Positions 9,497-22,704 of a stretch of DNA of 64,000 nt are shown here, piece by piece. A program made the translations under genes and the position numbers. This stretch comes from an uncultured Actinomycetes bacterium (GTDB lineage Bacteria; Actinomycetota; Thermoleophilia; Gaiellales; F1-60-MAGs149). The stretch is taken from contig CAVRMM010000002.1 in assembly GCA_963722525.1 (NCBI GenBank), positions 2,985,621 to 3,049,620 of the forward strand, in the 5' to 3' direction. Numbering within the stretch: position 1 is the first letter of the stretch; every line of letters begins with the position of its first letter. The notes under the pieces are model-generated. The model had not been told where the DNA came from and searched no databases. It saw nothing but the letters and a program-made list of their open reading frames with translations.

Positions 9497-10314
9497 CTAT
9501 CCGCGCGCCTCGGCCAGCGCGCGCTTGGCGAGCACGCCCGCCAGGTGGCGCTTGTACTCGGCCGAGCCGTCGAGGTCGTCGATCGGCGACGTGCCCTCGC
9601 CGGCGCGCGCCCCGGCCTCGTCGATCGGGCCGCCGGCGTTGACGACCTCCTCGAAGCCGGTGGCGCGCACCGGCCGCGAGCCGAGGCCCGTGATGGCGCA
9701 GGTGACCTTGCCGTCGCGGATCGGCGACGGCCGCGCCGACGATCGACCAGTCGATGGCCCGCCGGTGGAACTTGGCGTACGCGGACTGGCCGGCGTCGGT
9801 GGGCAGGCGGACGTCGACGATCAGCTCGTCCTCGGCCAGCGACGTCGTCAGGTAGTCGACCACCAGGTCGGCCGCCGCGATCGAGCGCGAGCCCGAGGCG
9901 CTGCGCACCGTCACCGACCCGCCGACGGCGAGCAGGGCGGTCGGCAGGTCGGCGTGCGGGTCGGCGTGGGCCAGCGAGCCGCCGATCGTGCCGCGGTTGC
10001 GGACGGCGGGCGAGCCGATGCCGGCCGCCGGCCTGGGCGACGGCGCGCGGCAGCCGCGCCGGATCTCGGCCGAGTCGGCGATCTCCCGGTGCCGGGTCAT
10101 GGCGCCGATCACGATCTCGCCGCCCTCCTCGCGGATGCCGGTCAGCTCGCCGATGCCCGACAGGTCGACGAGCGCGTCCGGTGAGGCGAGCCGCAGCCGC
10201 ATCATCGGGACGAGGGACTGGCCGCCGGCGATCGGCTTGGCGCCGTCGCGGATGGCGGCGAGCGCCTCGTCGAGCGAGGCGCGCCTTCGTGTAGCTGAGA
10301 GCGAGCGGGATCAT
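9497..10314 (-). CDS. Molybdenum hydroxylase FAD subunit, CoxM/CutM-like (frameshifted)
   Basis: MMRLRLASP..LVDL, VRNRGTIGGSLAHADPHADLP, AYAKFHR; pieces in several frames. Confidence 0.88.
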
Positions 10315-12686
10315 GCCCCTGCCCCCTGGTTCGAGGTGCGGATGGCGTCCCAGATGCGATGCGGCTGCATCGGCATCTCGAGGTGGCGGATGCCGAGCGA
10401 CGACAGCGCGTCGACGGCGGCGTTGACCACCGCCGGCGTGGCCGCGATCGTGCCGGCCTCGCCGATGCCCTTGGCGCCGAGCGGGTTCGACCGGCGACGG
10501 CGTGACGGTGCGATCGAGGCTGATCGACGGCAGGTCGGCAGCCGACGGCATCTGGTACTCGACCAGCGACGCGGTGACGCAGCTGGCCGTCGTCGCCGTA
10601 GACCGTCTCCTCGAACAGCGCCTGCGCCATCGACTGGATGACGCCGCCGTGCACCTGCCCGTCGACGATCATCGGGTTGATGACGTTGCCGCAGTCGTCG
10701 ACGGCGACGTAGTTGACGATCTCGACGCGGCCCGTCTCGGGGTCGATCTCGACCTCGCAGACGTGCGTGCCGAACGGGAACGTGAAGTTCGGCGGGTCGT
10801 GGAACGTGGTCGCCTCCATGCCGGGCTCGAGGCCGTCGGGCAGCGACGCCGCCACCCAGGCCGACGTGCCGAGCTCCTGGATGCTGCGGCCCGACTCGGG
10901 CGAGCCCTTGACGCTCCAGCGGCCGTCGCTCCACTCCAGGTCCTCGACCGAGCACTCGAGCTCGTGCGCCGCGATCTGGCGGGCCTTCTCCTTCACCTTC
11001 TGGATCGAGCGGTACAGCGCCGTGCCCGCGACGGCCAGCGAGCGCGAGCCGTACGTGCCGAGACCGTAGGGCGCGAACGCGGTGTCGCCGTGGATGACCT
11101 CGACGTCCTCGTACGGCACGCCGAGCTCGGTGGCGACGATCTGCGACCACGACGTGGCGTGCCCCTGGCCGTGCGGCGAGGAGCCGGTGATGACCGTGAC
11201 CTTGCCGAACGGGTGCATGCGCACCGTCGACGACTCCCAGCCCGGGGCCGAGATGCCGATCGCCTTCGTGACGGCCGACGGGGCGAGCCCGCAGACCTCG
11301 ACGTACGACGAGAGGCCGATGCCGCGGTAGCGGCCGCGGCTGCGCGCCTCGTCCCGGCGCGCCTCGAAGGTCGACGTACTCGGACAGCTCGAGCGCGCGG
11401 TCGAGCGGCCCCGGCGTAGTTGCCGGAGTCGTACGACAGGCCGACGGCGGTCGTGTGCGGGAACTCGTTGATGAAGTTCCGCCGCCGCACCTCGGCCGGG
11501 TCGAGCCCGAGCTCGTCGGCGATCTCGTCCATCAGCCGCTCGAGGCCGTGCGTGGCCTCCGGCCGCCCGGCGCCGCGGTAGGCGTCGGTGGGCGTGGTGT
11601 GCGTGAACGCCTGGTCGATCGTGATCGAGACGTGCGGGATCTCGTACGGGCCCGGCACCATGAACAGCGTCAGGTGCGAGATCGACGGCGTCAGCAGCTG
11701 CAGGTAGGCGCCGTTGTTCTGCACGGCGTAGAACTTCAGCGCGCTGATCTTGCCCGTCTCGTCGACGCGCGGCCTCGTACGACTGCCACTGGTCGCGGCC
11801 GTGGATGGTGGCGAGGATGTTCTCGCTGCGGTCCTCGATCCACTTCACCGGCGCGCCGACGGCCTTGGAGGCGGCGCAGAGGAGGAACTCCTCGCGGTAG
11901 CAGTTCAGCTTCGAGCCGAACCCGCCGCCGACGTCGGGGGCGACCACGCGCACCTTCGACTCGGACGTCTCGTTGATGACTGCCGACGAACGTTCGCACG
12001 AAGTGCGGCACCTGGGTGGACGTGAACAGCGTCACCTCGCCGGTCGACGTGACCCAGTCGGCGACGCAGCCGCGCGTCTCCATCGACATCGGCGTGATGC
12101 GCTGGTTGAAGTTGTGCGCACTTGACGATGCGGGCGCCGGCGGCGAACGCCTCGGCGAAGCCCTCGGTCTCGTGCGCCAGCGTGCAGCAGCGGTTGTCGT
12201 CGTACTCGTCGTGCACCCGCGGCGCGCCGTCGGCGAGCGCCTTGCGGCCGTCGGTCGACGGCCGGCTGCGGGTCGTAGTCGACGAGTACGGCGTCGGCGG
12301 CGTCGCGGGCGGTGTAGCGGTCGGATGCGATCACCATGGCCACGGGCTCGCCGTGGTACCGGACGCGGCCCTCGGCCAGCAGCGGGTGGCGGGGCTGCCG
12401 GGTCGTGCCGGTCGGGTTCGAGCCGCACGGCACGCCGCCGGCGAGGCCGAGCGTCTCGGCCGTGATGATCTTCACGACGCCACGGCATGGCCTCGGCGTC
12501 GGCGGTGTCGATGCCCGAGATGGTGGCGTGGCCGAACGGCGAGCGCACGAAGACGGCGTGGAGCATGCCGGGCAGCACGAGGTCGTCGACGTAGCGGCCC
12601 TGGCCGCTGATGAACGCCGCGTCCTCCTTGCGCAGGACGCTCTCGCCGATGCCGCCCGAGGCGGGACGCGGGACGACGGTCGCCAT
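10311..12686 (-). CDS. Molybdenum hydroxylase large subunit, form II CoxL-like (multiple frameshifts)
   Basis: IGESVLRKED, PDVGGGFGSK, AYRGAGRPEA, PHGQGHAT, GTYGSRS, VDDCGNVINP, GAKGIGEAG across frames. Confidence 0.9.
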
Positions 12687-12687
12687 G

Positions 12688-13164
<477 letters not shown>

Positions 13165-13258
13165 CGACGCCACCTCCTTGTCGCGGGTCCGTGGTTCCGC
13201 GGTCGTGAGGGTACACCCTGCGGCAGAGCACCGCCAGCGTCGCTACCGTGTTTTCTGC

Positions 13259-14143
13259 ATGGTCCTGCCGGCTCGCGTCACCGTCAGCGTCCCCGGCTCG
13301 TCGGCGAACCTCGGGCCCGGCTTCGACTGCCTCGGCGTGGCGCTGCCGCTGCGGCTGACCGTCGTCGTGACGCGCCGGACCGGGCCACTCGAGGTGCGCC
13401 TGCACGGCGAGGGTGCCGACGAGCTGCCGGCCGACGCCTCGAACCTCGTCGTCGCCACCATCCTCGCCGGTGGCAGCGGGGACGGGCTCGACATCGAGAT
13501 CACCAACGAGCTGCCGCTGGCGGCCGGCTGCGGCTCCTCCGCGGCCGCCATCGTGGCGGGGCTGGCGGCCTTCGACGCGCTCGTCGGCCGGCCGGTCGAC
13601 CGCGAGGACCTCACGCGCCGCGCCGTGGCCATCGAGGGGCATCCAGACAACATCGCCGCCGCGGTCTACGGCGGCTTCACGATCGCCGCCGGCGACCCGC
13701 CGCTGGTGCGCCGCATCGAGCCGCCGCGCGGCCTGGGCCTGGTGCTCGCGGTGCCGCCCGAGCGGCTCGCCACCAGCGCCGCCCGCGCCGCGCTGGCCGA
13801 GCAGGCGCTGCGCGCCGACGCCGTCCACAACGTGCAGCGGGTGGCGCTGCTGGTGTCGTCGCTCTACACCGGCAGCGTCGACGACCTGTCGGCCGCCCTA
13901 TCGGACAAGCTGCACCAGGACGCGCGCGCGCACCTGGTGCCGACGTTCGCCCGCCTCTCGATGCTCGCCGACCGCATCGACGCGCTCGGCGTGACGCTGT
14001 CGGGCGCCGGCCCGAGCGTGCTCGTCTGGTGCCGGGCGGCCGATGTCGAGAGCTGCGCGGAGTGCGTCGCGCGCGAGGAGCCCGCGGTCGTGGTGCACGT
14101 GATGGCACCCGAGCCGGACGGGCTCTCGGTCGTTACGGCGTAA
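13259..14143 (+). CDS. thrB: Homoserine kinase
   Basis: VPGSSANLGPGFDCLG, LPLAAGCGSSAAA, EGHPDN, LSGAGPSV. Confidence 0.93.
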   Translation: MVLPARVTVSVPGSSANLGPGFDCLGVALPLRLTVVVTRRTGPLEVRLHGEGADELPADASNLVVATILAGGSGDGLDIEITNELPLAAGCGSSAAAIVAGLAAFDALVGRPVDREDLTRRAVAIEGHPDNIAAAVYGGFTIAAGDPPLVRRIEPPRGLGLVLAVPPERLATSAARAALAEQALRADAVHNVQRVALLVSSLYTGSVDDLSAALSDKLHQDARAHLVPTFARLSMLADRIDALGVTLSGAGPSVLVWCRAADVESCAECVAREEPAVVVHVMAPEPDGLSVVTA

Positions 14144-14930
14144 CGCTGCGCTCGCGCTGCAGCAGGCGATCGATCGCCTCGAGGCCCTCGTCGCCGAGGT
14201 CGATCGAGAACTCGTTCACGTACAGCGCGACGTGCTGGTCGCAGACGTCGTCGGACAGCTCCTGGGCGTGCTCGCGCATCCACTGGCGGCTGGCCTCGGG
14301 ATGGGCGAAGGCGTACTCCACCGACGCGCGGATCGCACGCTCGACCTCGCCTGCGACGTCGTCCGGCAGGTCGCGCCGCGCGCAGATGGCGGCGAGCGGG
14401 ATCGGCAGGCCGGTCGTCTCCTCCCACCACTCGCCCAGGTCGGCCACGCGTGTGAGGCCGTGGTCGGCGTAGGTGAAGCGGCTCTCGTGGATGATCAGGC
14501 CGGCGTCGACGGCGCCGCTCGCGACGGCGTCGAGGATGCGGTCGTAGCGCAGCACCTCGACCGCGGCGAGGGCCGGCGCCGCGAGGCGCAGCAGCAGGAA
14601 GGCCGTCGTGTCGCGGCCGGGGATCGCGAGGCTGCCGGCGGCCGCCTGCGCCAGGGTCTGCGGCTCGCGCACGACCACCAGGGGGCCGACGCCGCGGCCG
14701 AGGGCGGCGCCGCTGCGGAGCATGCGATAGCCGTCGCCGATCGCGGGGAGCACGCCGAACGACAGCTTCGAGACGTCGTACGTACCGAGCCGGCCGTGCC
14801 GGTTCAGCTCCTCGATGTCGAGCAGCACGGGCTCGACCTGAAACGGCGCCTCGACCAGCCCGTGCACCAGCGCGTGGAACGCGAACGTGTCGTTCGGGCA
14901 GGGCGAGAAGGCCAGCGTCAGCGTCCGCAT
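14133..14930 (-). CDS. mqnD: 1,4-dihydroxy-6-naphthoate synthase (futalosine menaquinone pathway)
   Basis: FSPCPNDTF, DIEELN, GAALGRGVGP, IIHESRFTY, DLGEWWE..TGLPIPL, LYVNEFS. Confidence 0.93.
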   Translation of the reverse strand: MRTLTLAFSPCPNDTFAFHALVHGLVEAPFQVEPVLLDIEELNRHGRLGTYDVSKLSFGVLPAIGDGYRMLRSGAALGRGVGPLVVVREPQTLAQAAAGSLAIPGRDTTAFLLLRLAAPALAAVEVLRYDRILDAVASGAVDAGLIIHESRFTYADHGLTRVADLGEWWEETTGLPIPLAAICARRDLPDDVAGEVERAIRASVEYAFAHPEASRQWMREHAQELSDDVCDQHVALYVNEFSIDLGDEGLEAIDRLLQRERSVTP

Positions 14931-14964
14931 GGCCGCAGGATAGGCCCGTCTCGCGCCGGGACGG

Positions 14965-15641
14965 TCAGGCGTCGCCGTACGCCGCGGCGTCGACGATCCA
15001 CGTCACGTCGCCGCGGCCGGGCGCCACGCGGGCGGCCGGCAGCTGCTCGCCGCCGCGGATCTGTCCGCAGCGCGTCGCGCTTGTCGGCGCCGAGCACGAG
15101 GAAGATCACGTGCCGGGCCGCGTTCAGCGTCGGGAACGACAGCGTCAGGCGGCGGCTGCCGTTGGGCGCCGTCGCGGGCACGGCGCGGCGCTCCTGCTCG
15201 TCGCAGGCCTCGTCGCCGGGGAACAGGCTGGCCGTGTGGCCGTCGGTGCCGAGGCCGAGCAGCATCAGGTCGAAGTGCTGCGGCAGCAACTGCGCGTAGC
15301 GGTCGGCGGCGGCGTCCAGGTCGGCGTCGTCGGCCTCCATCCGGTACACGGAGTCGGGCTGGATCGGCACGAGGTCGAGCAGCGCCCGCCGGCTCATCCC
15401 GTAGTTCGAGTCGGGGTGGTTCGGCGGCACCGCGCGCTCGTCGCCGTAAGTAGATCTCGAGCTCGTGCCAGTCCGTCCGGTCGCGGTAGTCGTCGGACGC
15501 GAGCAGGCCGTACAGCTCCTTCGGCGTGTTGCCTCCCGCCAGGGCGACGGTCTGCGGGGCGAGCGCCGTGAACAGGTCGGCAGCCGCCCGGATCGCAAGC
15601 TCGGGCGTGGGGTACACCGCGAAACGCAGGGTCTCGGGCAT
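14965..15641 (-). CDS. pgl: 6-phosphogluconolactonase (frameshifted)
   Basis: ALAGGNTP, GDERAVPPNHPDSNY, LLGLGTDGHTASLFP, RLTLSFP. Confidence 0.88.
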
Positions 15642-15643
15642 GG

Positions 15644-16623
15644 TCAGACCTTAACCCCCTCGCTCCGCGATGGCGGCCAGCGCGGCGTGAAACGCGTGGT
15701 CGTTGGTCAGAAACTCCAGCTCCTCGCCCGACCAGGACCGGCGTCGGCGGCACGCGGAGCGCGACGCGCCGGGTGACCCGGCCGGGTGCGTCGATGACCG
15801 CGACGCCCTCCTGCGGCCGGTCGACGGTGAGCCGCTGGCCGCCGCACGCGATCTCGACCCGGGTCAGCGAGCCGGCGCGCATGTCCTCGCGCTCGACGGC
15901 CATCGTCCGCACGACGGCGTCGATGCCGGTGCTGGCCACGAGCCAGCCGCCGAGCAGCCGCGCCTGGGCGTCGGAGCCGCCCACGTAGTCGATCGAGACG
16001 TGCTCCAGCTCGTCGCAGCGCCCGGCGGTGGTCGGGGTCGTCGAAGATCGCGGCGACCACCTCGCGCCAGCCCGGTGATCTTCGTCCACGCCAGGTCGGT
16101 CACGACCTCGCGGATCCTGCGCGATCAGCGCGCCCGAGCCGGTCGAGGGTGTCGGGGAACCGCGTCGAGTCGGTCACCAGCGCGCGTGGCCAGCGTGCGC
16201 AGCGCGCGGAAGACGGGCCGCTCGAAGTCGGGCGGCGCGACCCACATCAGGAACACCGGCAGGTCGGGCAGCAGCAGGCTCGCGGCCATGCTGGCGAGAC
16301 CGTCGCCGGCGGTGGGCCCGTCGAGGCGCACCACCTCGGAGCAGACGATCGCCTTGCCGCCGTCCTGCATCGGCGAGCAGAAGACGGACGCCTCGGCGTG
16401 CACCTCGTCGACGTCGGTGCGGCCGCAGGCGATCAGCGCGCGGCTGGGTCGCGAGTGGCCGGAGCCCGGCGATGGACGCGGCGATCTCGTCGGCCAGCAC
16501 GTGGTCGTCGGCGTAGGCCACCATGTCGACGATGTGCGTGCGGACGCCGGCCTGCTCGCCGGCCTCCTCGGCCCGCAGCTGCGCGAGCTCGCGCTCGATC
16601 GAGGCGGGGCTGACCGCGGTCAC
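15644..16623 (-). CDS. opcA: G6PDH assembly protein OpcA (frameshifted)
   Basis: [35 protein letters not shown]; lies between zwf and pgl. Confidence 0.8.
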
Positions 16624-18148
16624 GGCCGCCGCCACCTGCGGCGGTCGCGCGCCACCAGCTCGTCGGCCGCCTCGGGGCCCCACGTGCCGGCCTCGTACAG
16701 GTGTGGGCCGCCGCCCTGGTTCTTCCACGCGTCGAGCAGCGGCTGCACGATGCGCCACGACTCCTCGACCGCGTCCTGACGGGGGAAGTTGGTGCCGTCG
16801 CCGCGCATCGCGTCGAGCAGCAGCGTCTCGTACGCCTCGGCCGGCGGCGGCGGAGAAGGCGGTGTCGTACTGGAAGTCCATGTTGACGGTGCGGATCTGG
16901 ATGCGCGCCGACGGCACCTTCGCGCCGAACCGCAGCGAGATGCCCTCGTTGGGCTGGATCCGCAGCACGAGCACGTTCGGCTCGAGCTGCTCGGCGGCCG
17001 CGTAGGAGAACGGCAGGTGCGGCACGCGCTTGAACTGGATCGCGACCTCGGTGACGCGCTTCGGCAGGCGCTTGCCGGTGCGGAGGTAGAACGGCGTATC
17101 GGCCCAGCGCCAGTTGTCGATGTGCAGGCGCGCGCGGCGATGTAGGTCTCGATGTCCGAGTCGGGCGCGACGCCCGTCCTCCTCGCGGTAGCCCGGCACG
17201 GGCTTGCCGTCGGCGTGGCCGGCCGCGTACTGGCCGCGCACGACGTCGGACGGCCGCAGCGGCCGGCACGACGACCAGCGCCTTGCCGCGCTCGTCGCGC
17301 ACCGCCTCGGCGTCGAACGACGCGGGCGGCTCCATCGCCACGAAGCGACAGCACCTGCAGCATGTGGTTCTGGACGATGTCGCGCAGCGCGCCGGCTTCC
17401 TCGTAGAAGCGGCCGCGGCCCTCGACCCCGATCGACTCGGCCACGGTGATCTGGATGTGGTCGATGAAGTTGCGGTTCCAGACCGGCTCGAAGATGCCGT
17501 TCGCGAACCGGAACACGAGGATGTTCTGGACCGTCTCCTTGCCGAGGTAGTGGTCGATCCGGAAGATCTGCTCGCTCCTTGAAGGCCCGGTGCACCTCGT
17601 CGTTCAGCGCCGCGGAGCTGGCCAGGTCCTCGCCGAACGGCTTCTCGATCACGACGCGGCGGAAGCCCGGGCCGTCTCGGTCGCGAGCCCGTCGTCGCCG
17701 AGCCCGTCGACGATGACGGGGAACTGGCTGGGCGGCATCGACAGGTAGAACAGCACGTTGCCGGCGGTGCCGTGGCTGGCCTCGACCTGGCCCAGCCGCC
17801 GCTGCAGCTCGGCGTAGGTGGCGGCGCTGTCGAACGTGCCGCGTCACCCAGTTGAGCGAGCTCGGCGAAGCCGAGTCCCACTCGGCGTCGGTGACCGCGC
17901 GTGCGCGAGAACTCCTCGCACTTCTTGCGCATCGCGGCGCGGTAGCCCTCGTCGCCGCCCGGGTCGGTGCGGCCGATGCCGATCATCGAGAAGCCGGCCG
18001 GCAGCAGGCGCCGCAGGTACAGGTTGTAGAGCGCCGGCACCAGCTTGCGCCCGGCCAGGTCGCCGAGGCCGCCGAAGATGACGACGGCGCACGAGCCGGG
18101 CACGCGGTGCATGCGGAACTCGTCGCGCAGGGGGTTCGGCTCCGTCAC
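16620..18148 (-). CDS. zwf: Glucose-6-phosphate 1-dehydrogenase (multiple frameshifts)
   Basis: [63 protein letters not shown]. Confidence 0.92.
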
Positions 18149-19706
18149 GCGGCTCCGAGGGCGGCGGCGCACCGACGGCCGCCACGTCGCGCAGCTCGAC
18201 GCGGGCCACGGGCTGGCCCGTCGCCCGCAGCGCCTGCGCATCGCCGCGGCTCTGCGCCTCGATCACCGTCCGGAAGCCGTACGGTCGCCCCGGGATCTCC
18301 GCGTCGGAGATCGACCCGGCCAGCACCTGCAGGTAGATGCCCTGCCGCGAGCCGCCCTTGTGCAGCTGGCCCGTGGAGTGCAGGTAGCGCGGGCCGAAGC
18401 CGAGCTGCGTGGCCACGCCGAGCGCGTCGCGCAGCTGACGTCGCACCTGCTGCAGCGCCGCCTCGTTGGCGGCGGTCGGCGTCACGTAGGCCTGGAGGAC
18501 CAGGAACGAGCGGCCCGCGCTCGGCGCCGCGCAGCGCCTCGGACAGGTCGCCGTCGGCGACCGACTCCAGCTCGCCCGTAACGACGTAGCGGTCGAGCGC
18601 CGCCACGACGTAGTCCTTCGCGGCCTGCACGTTCGGCTGGTCGAACGGGTTGATGTGCAGCAGCGCGCCGCAGTAGGCCGTGGCGAGCTCCCAGGTGATC
18701 ATCTGCGCGCCGATGTCGTCCAGGTCGTCGAGCTGGCAGCGCTCCACGTGGAAGCCCGGCGCCCTCGAGCGCCGCGACCGCCTCGTCGTGCGCGCCGTCG
18801 ACGCGCAGGTAGACGAACAGCCGGTCGTCGCCGTACACGTCGGGCGCGCCGATCGGCTCGTCGGCCAGCGGCACGACGCCGGTGCCCTCCTTGCCGGTCG
18901 ACTCGGCGATCAGCTGCTCGAGCCAGAGCCCGAACGGCGCCGAGCGCCGGCGTCGGTGATGATCGTCAGCTTGTCGCGGCCCGCGCGACGCTGTCGCCCA
19001 TCAGCGCGCCGAGCTTGAGCGGCGCGTTGTCGGCCGGCCCGGCGCCGGGCCCGGAGGCGTCGCAGCACCGCCGCGGCCCGGTCGAGGAGCGGCCGATCGG
19101 CGACGCCGGCCAGGGCGGCGGGCACGAGGCCGAAGTAGGAGAGCGCCGAGAACCGGCCGCCGATGTCGGGGCGGTTCAGGAACGTGCGGCAGGAAGCCCC
19201 GCTCCTCCGAGCCGCGCCGCCAGCATCGAGCCCGGGTCGGTGATGGCGACGAAGCGCGAGCCGTCGCCGGCCGGCGGCGTGGAGGAAGTACTCCTCCATC
19301 ACCTCCGGCTCGATCGTGCGAGCCGGACTTCGAGGCGATCACGAACAGCGAGCCGTCCACCGGCACGGCGCAGCACGGCGTCGGGTCGGTGGTGTCGAGC
19401 ACGTGCAGCGCGGCCGCCGAACGCGTCGCCGCAGCACCAGCGGCGCGAGGCTCGAGCCGCCCATGCCGCAGAGCACGACGCGGTCGAAGCCGCGGCATGG
19501 CGTCGCGGGCCCACGGCTCGATGCGCGTCGGCCTCGCGGCCATCTCGCCGACGACCGGGCATCCAGCCCAGTCCAGCGGCCGATCTCGGCGGCGCGCTCG
19601 GGTCGTCGGAAGGGCCGTCGCGGTGAAGAGGCGGCCGTCGCCCGGCGAACGAGCTTGCGGCACGCCGCGTCGCGCGGCCGACGAGCTCGTCGATGCCGTC
19701 AGGCAT
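18145..19706 (-). CDS. Glucose-6-phosphate isomerase of the Tal-Pgi type, Pgi half only (multiple frameshifts)
   Basis: LGWM, FVIASKSG, DIGGRFSALSYFGLVPA, INPFDQPNVQAAK, GPRYLHSTGQLHKGG. Confidence 0.8.
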
Positions 19707-21717
19707 CGCGCACCACCTCGCTCACGGCCGTCGACCACGGCCTCGGGCGAGATGCCGAGGTCGCGGGCCACGATCTTGCCCGGGCGCCGACGCGCCGAAG
19801 CGGTCGATGCCGATCGCGCGGCCGCGCGTCGCCGATCCACCGCTCCCAGCCGACGGTGACGCCCGCCTCGATCGGAGACGCGCGCCGTCACCGCCGGCGG
19901 CAGCACCTGCGTCGCGGTAGGCGGCGTCCTGCATCGCGAACAGGTCCCACGACGGCATCGACACGACGCGCACGCCGACGCCCTCGGCCGGCAGCGTGTC
20001 GCGGGCCGCCAGGGCGTCGTGCACCTCGGAGCCGGTCGCGATCACGATCGCGTCGAGCGCGCCCTCGGCCTCGGCCAGCACGTAGGCGCCGCGCGCGGTG
20101 CGGCGCCGTCGGCGGTCGCGGCGAGCGTCGGCAGCGCCCTGGCGCGACAGCTGCAGGCCGGTCGGGCCGTCGGTGCGCGTCGATGGCCACGCGCCACGCC
20201 CAGCGCCGTCTCGTTGGCGTCGCAGGGGCGAAGCAGGACGAGGTTCGGGATCAGCCGCAGCGACATCACGTGCTCGATCGGCTGGTGCGTCGGGCCATCC
20301 TCGCCGAGCCACACCGAGTCGTGCGTCCAGACGTAGTTGACCGGCATCGCCCATGATCGCGGCGAGGCGCACGGCCGGCCGCATGTAGTCGGAGAAGACG
20401 AGGAACGTGGCGCCGAAGCCGCGCAGGCCGCCGTGGGCGGCCAGGCCGTTCAGCACCGAGCCCATGCCGTGCTCGCGGATGCCGAAGTGGAAGTTGCGGC
20501 CGCTGTAGTCGTCGGGCCGATGGACGCTGCCGTACGCCTTCGATCAGCGTGCAGGTCGACGGCGCCAGGTCGGCCGAGCCGCCGACCAGCTCGGGCACCA
20601 CCGCGGCGAGGCCTGCAGCACCTTGCCGCCGGCCGCCCGCGTGGCCATCGCGCCGTCGTCCGGCCGGTGAAGGACGGCATGCCGGTCGGCGAAGTCCGTC
20701 GGGCGGCGTGCCCGCCAGCGCGCGCTCGAACTCCGCCGCGAGGTCGGGATGCGCTGCGCGGTACGCCTCGAAGCGCTCCTGCCAGGCCGTCGAGAGCGCC
20801 TTGCCCTGGGCGCGGCGGTCGCAGTGCTCGCGCACCTCGTCCGGGCACCAGGAAGTCGGTCGTCCTCCGGCCAGCCGTAGGCGAGCTTGGTGAGGCGGAT
20901 CTCGTCGCTCGCCGAGCGGCTCGCCGTGCGCGCTTGGCGGTGTCCTGCTTGTTCGGCGCGCCGGGCGCGATGTGGGTGCGCAGGATGATCATGCTCGGCC
21001 GCGGATCGGCGTGCGCGGCGTCGAGACGGCGTCGCGCAGCGTGTCGAGCGTCCAGGTGTCGTCGAAGCGCAGCACGTGCCAGCCGTAGCCGCGCGTAGCG
21101 CTCGGCCACGTCCTCGGTGAACGACAGGGCGGTGTCGCCCTCGATCGTGATGTGGTTGTCGTCGTAGAAGCACGTCAGGCGGCCGAGGCTGCAGGTGCCC
21201 GGCGATCGACGAGGCCTCGCCGGAGACGCCCTCCTGCAGGTCGCCGTCCGAGCAGATGGTGTAGGTGTAGTGGTCGACGATCTCGTGGCCCGGGCGGTTG
21301 TAGCGCGCCGCCAGCATGCGCTCGGCGAGCGCCATGCCGACCGCGTTGCCGACGCCCTGGCCGAGCGGGCCCGGTGGTCGTCTCGACGCCGGGCGTGTGG
21401 TGCGATCTCCGGGTGGCCGGGCGTCTTCGACTCCCACTGCCGGAACGCCTTCAGGTCGTCGAGCGACGAGGTCGTACCCCGACAGGTGCAGCGCCGCGTA
21501 CTGGAGGATGCACGGCGTGGCCGGCCGACAGCACGAACCGGTCGCGGTCCGGCCAGTGCGGATCGCCCGGGTCGTGCCGCATCTGCTCCTCGTACAGCAG
21601 GTACGCGATCGGCGCGAGCGCCATCGCGGTGCCGGGATGCCCGGAGTTCGCCTTCTGCACGGCGTCCATGGCGAGCGTGCGGATGGTCGTGATCGACAGC
21701 TCTTCGACCGAGGGCAT
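19699..21717 (-). CDS. tkt: Transketolase (multiple frameshifts)
   Basis: [65 protein letters not shown]. Confidence 0.93.
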
Positions 21718-21740
21718 GTGGCGGGATCTCCGGTTCAGTG

Positions 21741-22702
21741 TCAGTGGTTGTGCTCGTGGAGCCTAGGCGCCGCGGTCCGGGGCTTCGGCGCTTCCGGGCA
21801 GCCCTTGCGATGGATGCTCAGCGGGCCCGAGTGGTCACGATCGACCTGGATCGTCGTGTGGTTGACGTCGAAGCTCGTCCGCAGCACCTCCTCGAGCCGG
21901 TGCAGCAGGGCGTGCTGGTCGGTGCCCGGCGTCGCGATGACGTGGACGGAGACGGCGTCGAAGCCGCTCGTGATCGTCCACGCGTGGACGTCGTGCACCT
22001 CGCGCACCCCCTCGACGGCGCACAGCGCGCGGCCGATCGCCTCCGGGTCGAGGTGCGGCGGCGCGCGCTCGAGCAGGATCCGCACCGGCTCGGCGATCAG
22101 CCCGCGGGCGGAGACGATGCACAGCGCCGCGACCAGCAGCGCGATCACCGGGTCGGCGGCGTTCCAGCCGAAGGCGGCGACGAGCACGCCCGCCACGACG
22201 ACGCCGGCCGAGCCGGCCACGTCGGCGATGGTGTGCAGCAGGGCGCCGCGCAGGTTGATGTCGTTGCGGTTGGCGCCGGCACGGACCATCGCGACGACGG
22301 CGGCGCCGTTCGACGGCGATGCCGGCGAGGCCGAACAGGATCACGCCCGGTGCCTGCACGTCGGGCGGGTCGTCGAGGCGGCCGATCGCCTCGATCGCGA
22401 TCAGCACGCCGAGGCCGAGCAGGGTGATGCCGTTGACGAGCGCGGCGAGGATCTCGACCCGCCCCCAGCCGAACGTGCGGCGGCCCGCGGCGCCGCGCAT
22501 CGACAGGGAGGCCGCGACCAGGGCGATGCCGACGGCGACGCCGTCGGAGACGTTGTGCGCGGCGTCGGCCAGCAGGGCGACGGAGTCGAGCCAGAACGCG
22601 CCGAGCACCTGCGCGAGTCCGAACAGGGTCGTCAGGATGAGCGTCAGCCGCAGCGAGCTGCGGCTCGCCGAGCGGTCGATGTGATCGTGGCCGTGGCCGA
22701 CC
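21741..22702 (-). CDS. Cation diffusion facilitator (CzcD/ZitB-like); frameshifted, start uncertain
   Basis: N-terminal [53 protein letters not shown]. Confidence 0.88.
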
Positions 22703-22704
22703 GG

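Noticed and set aside
10311-12686. Bona fide form I CO dehydrogenase
   Set aside because: AYRGAGR rather than AYxCSFR, S-L-M order and no accessory genes
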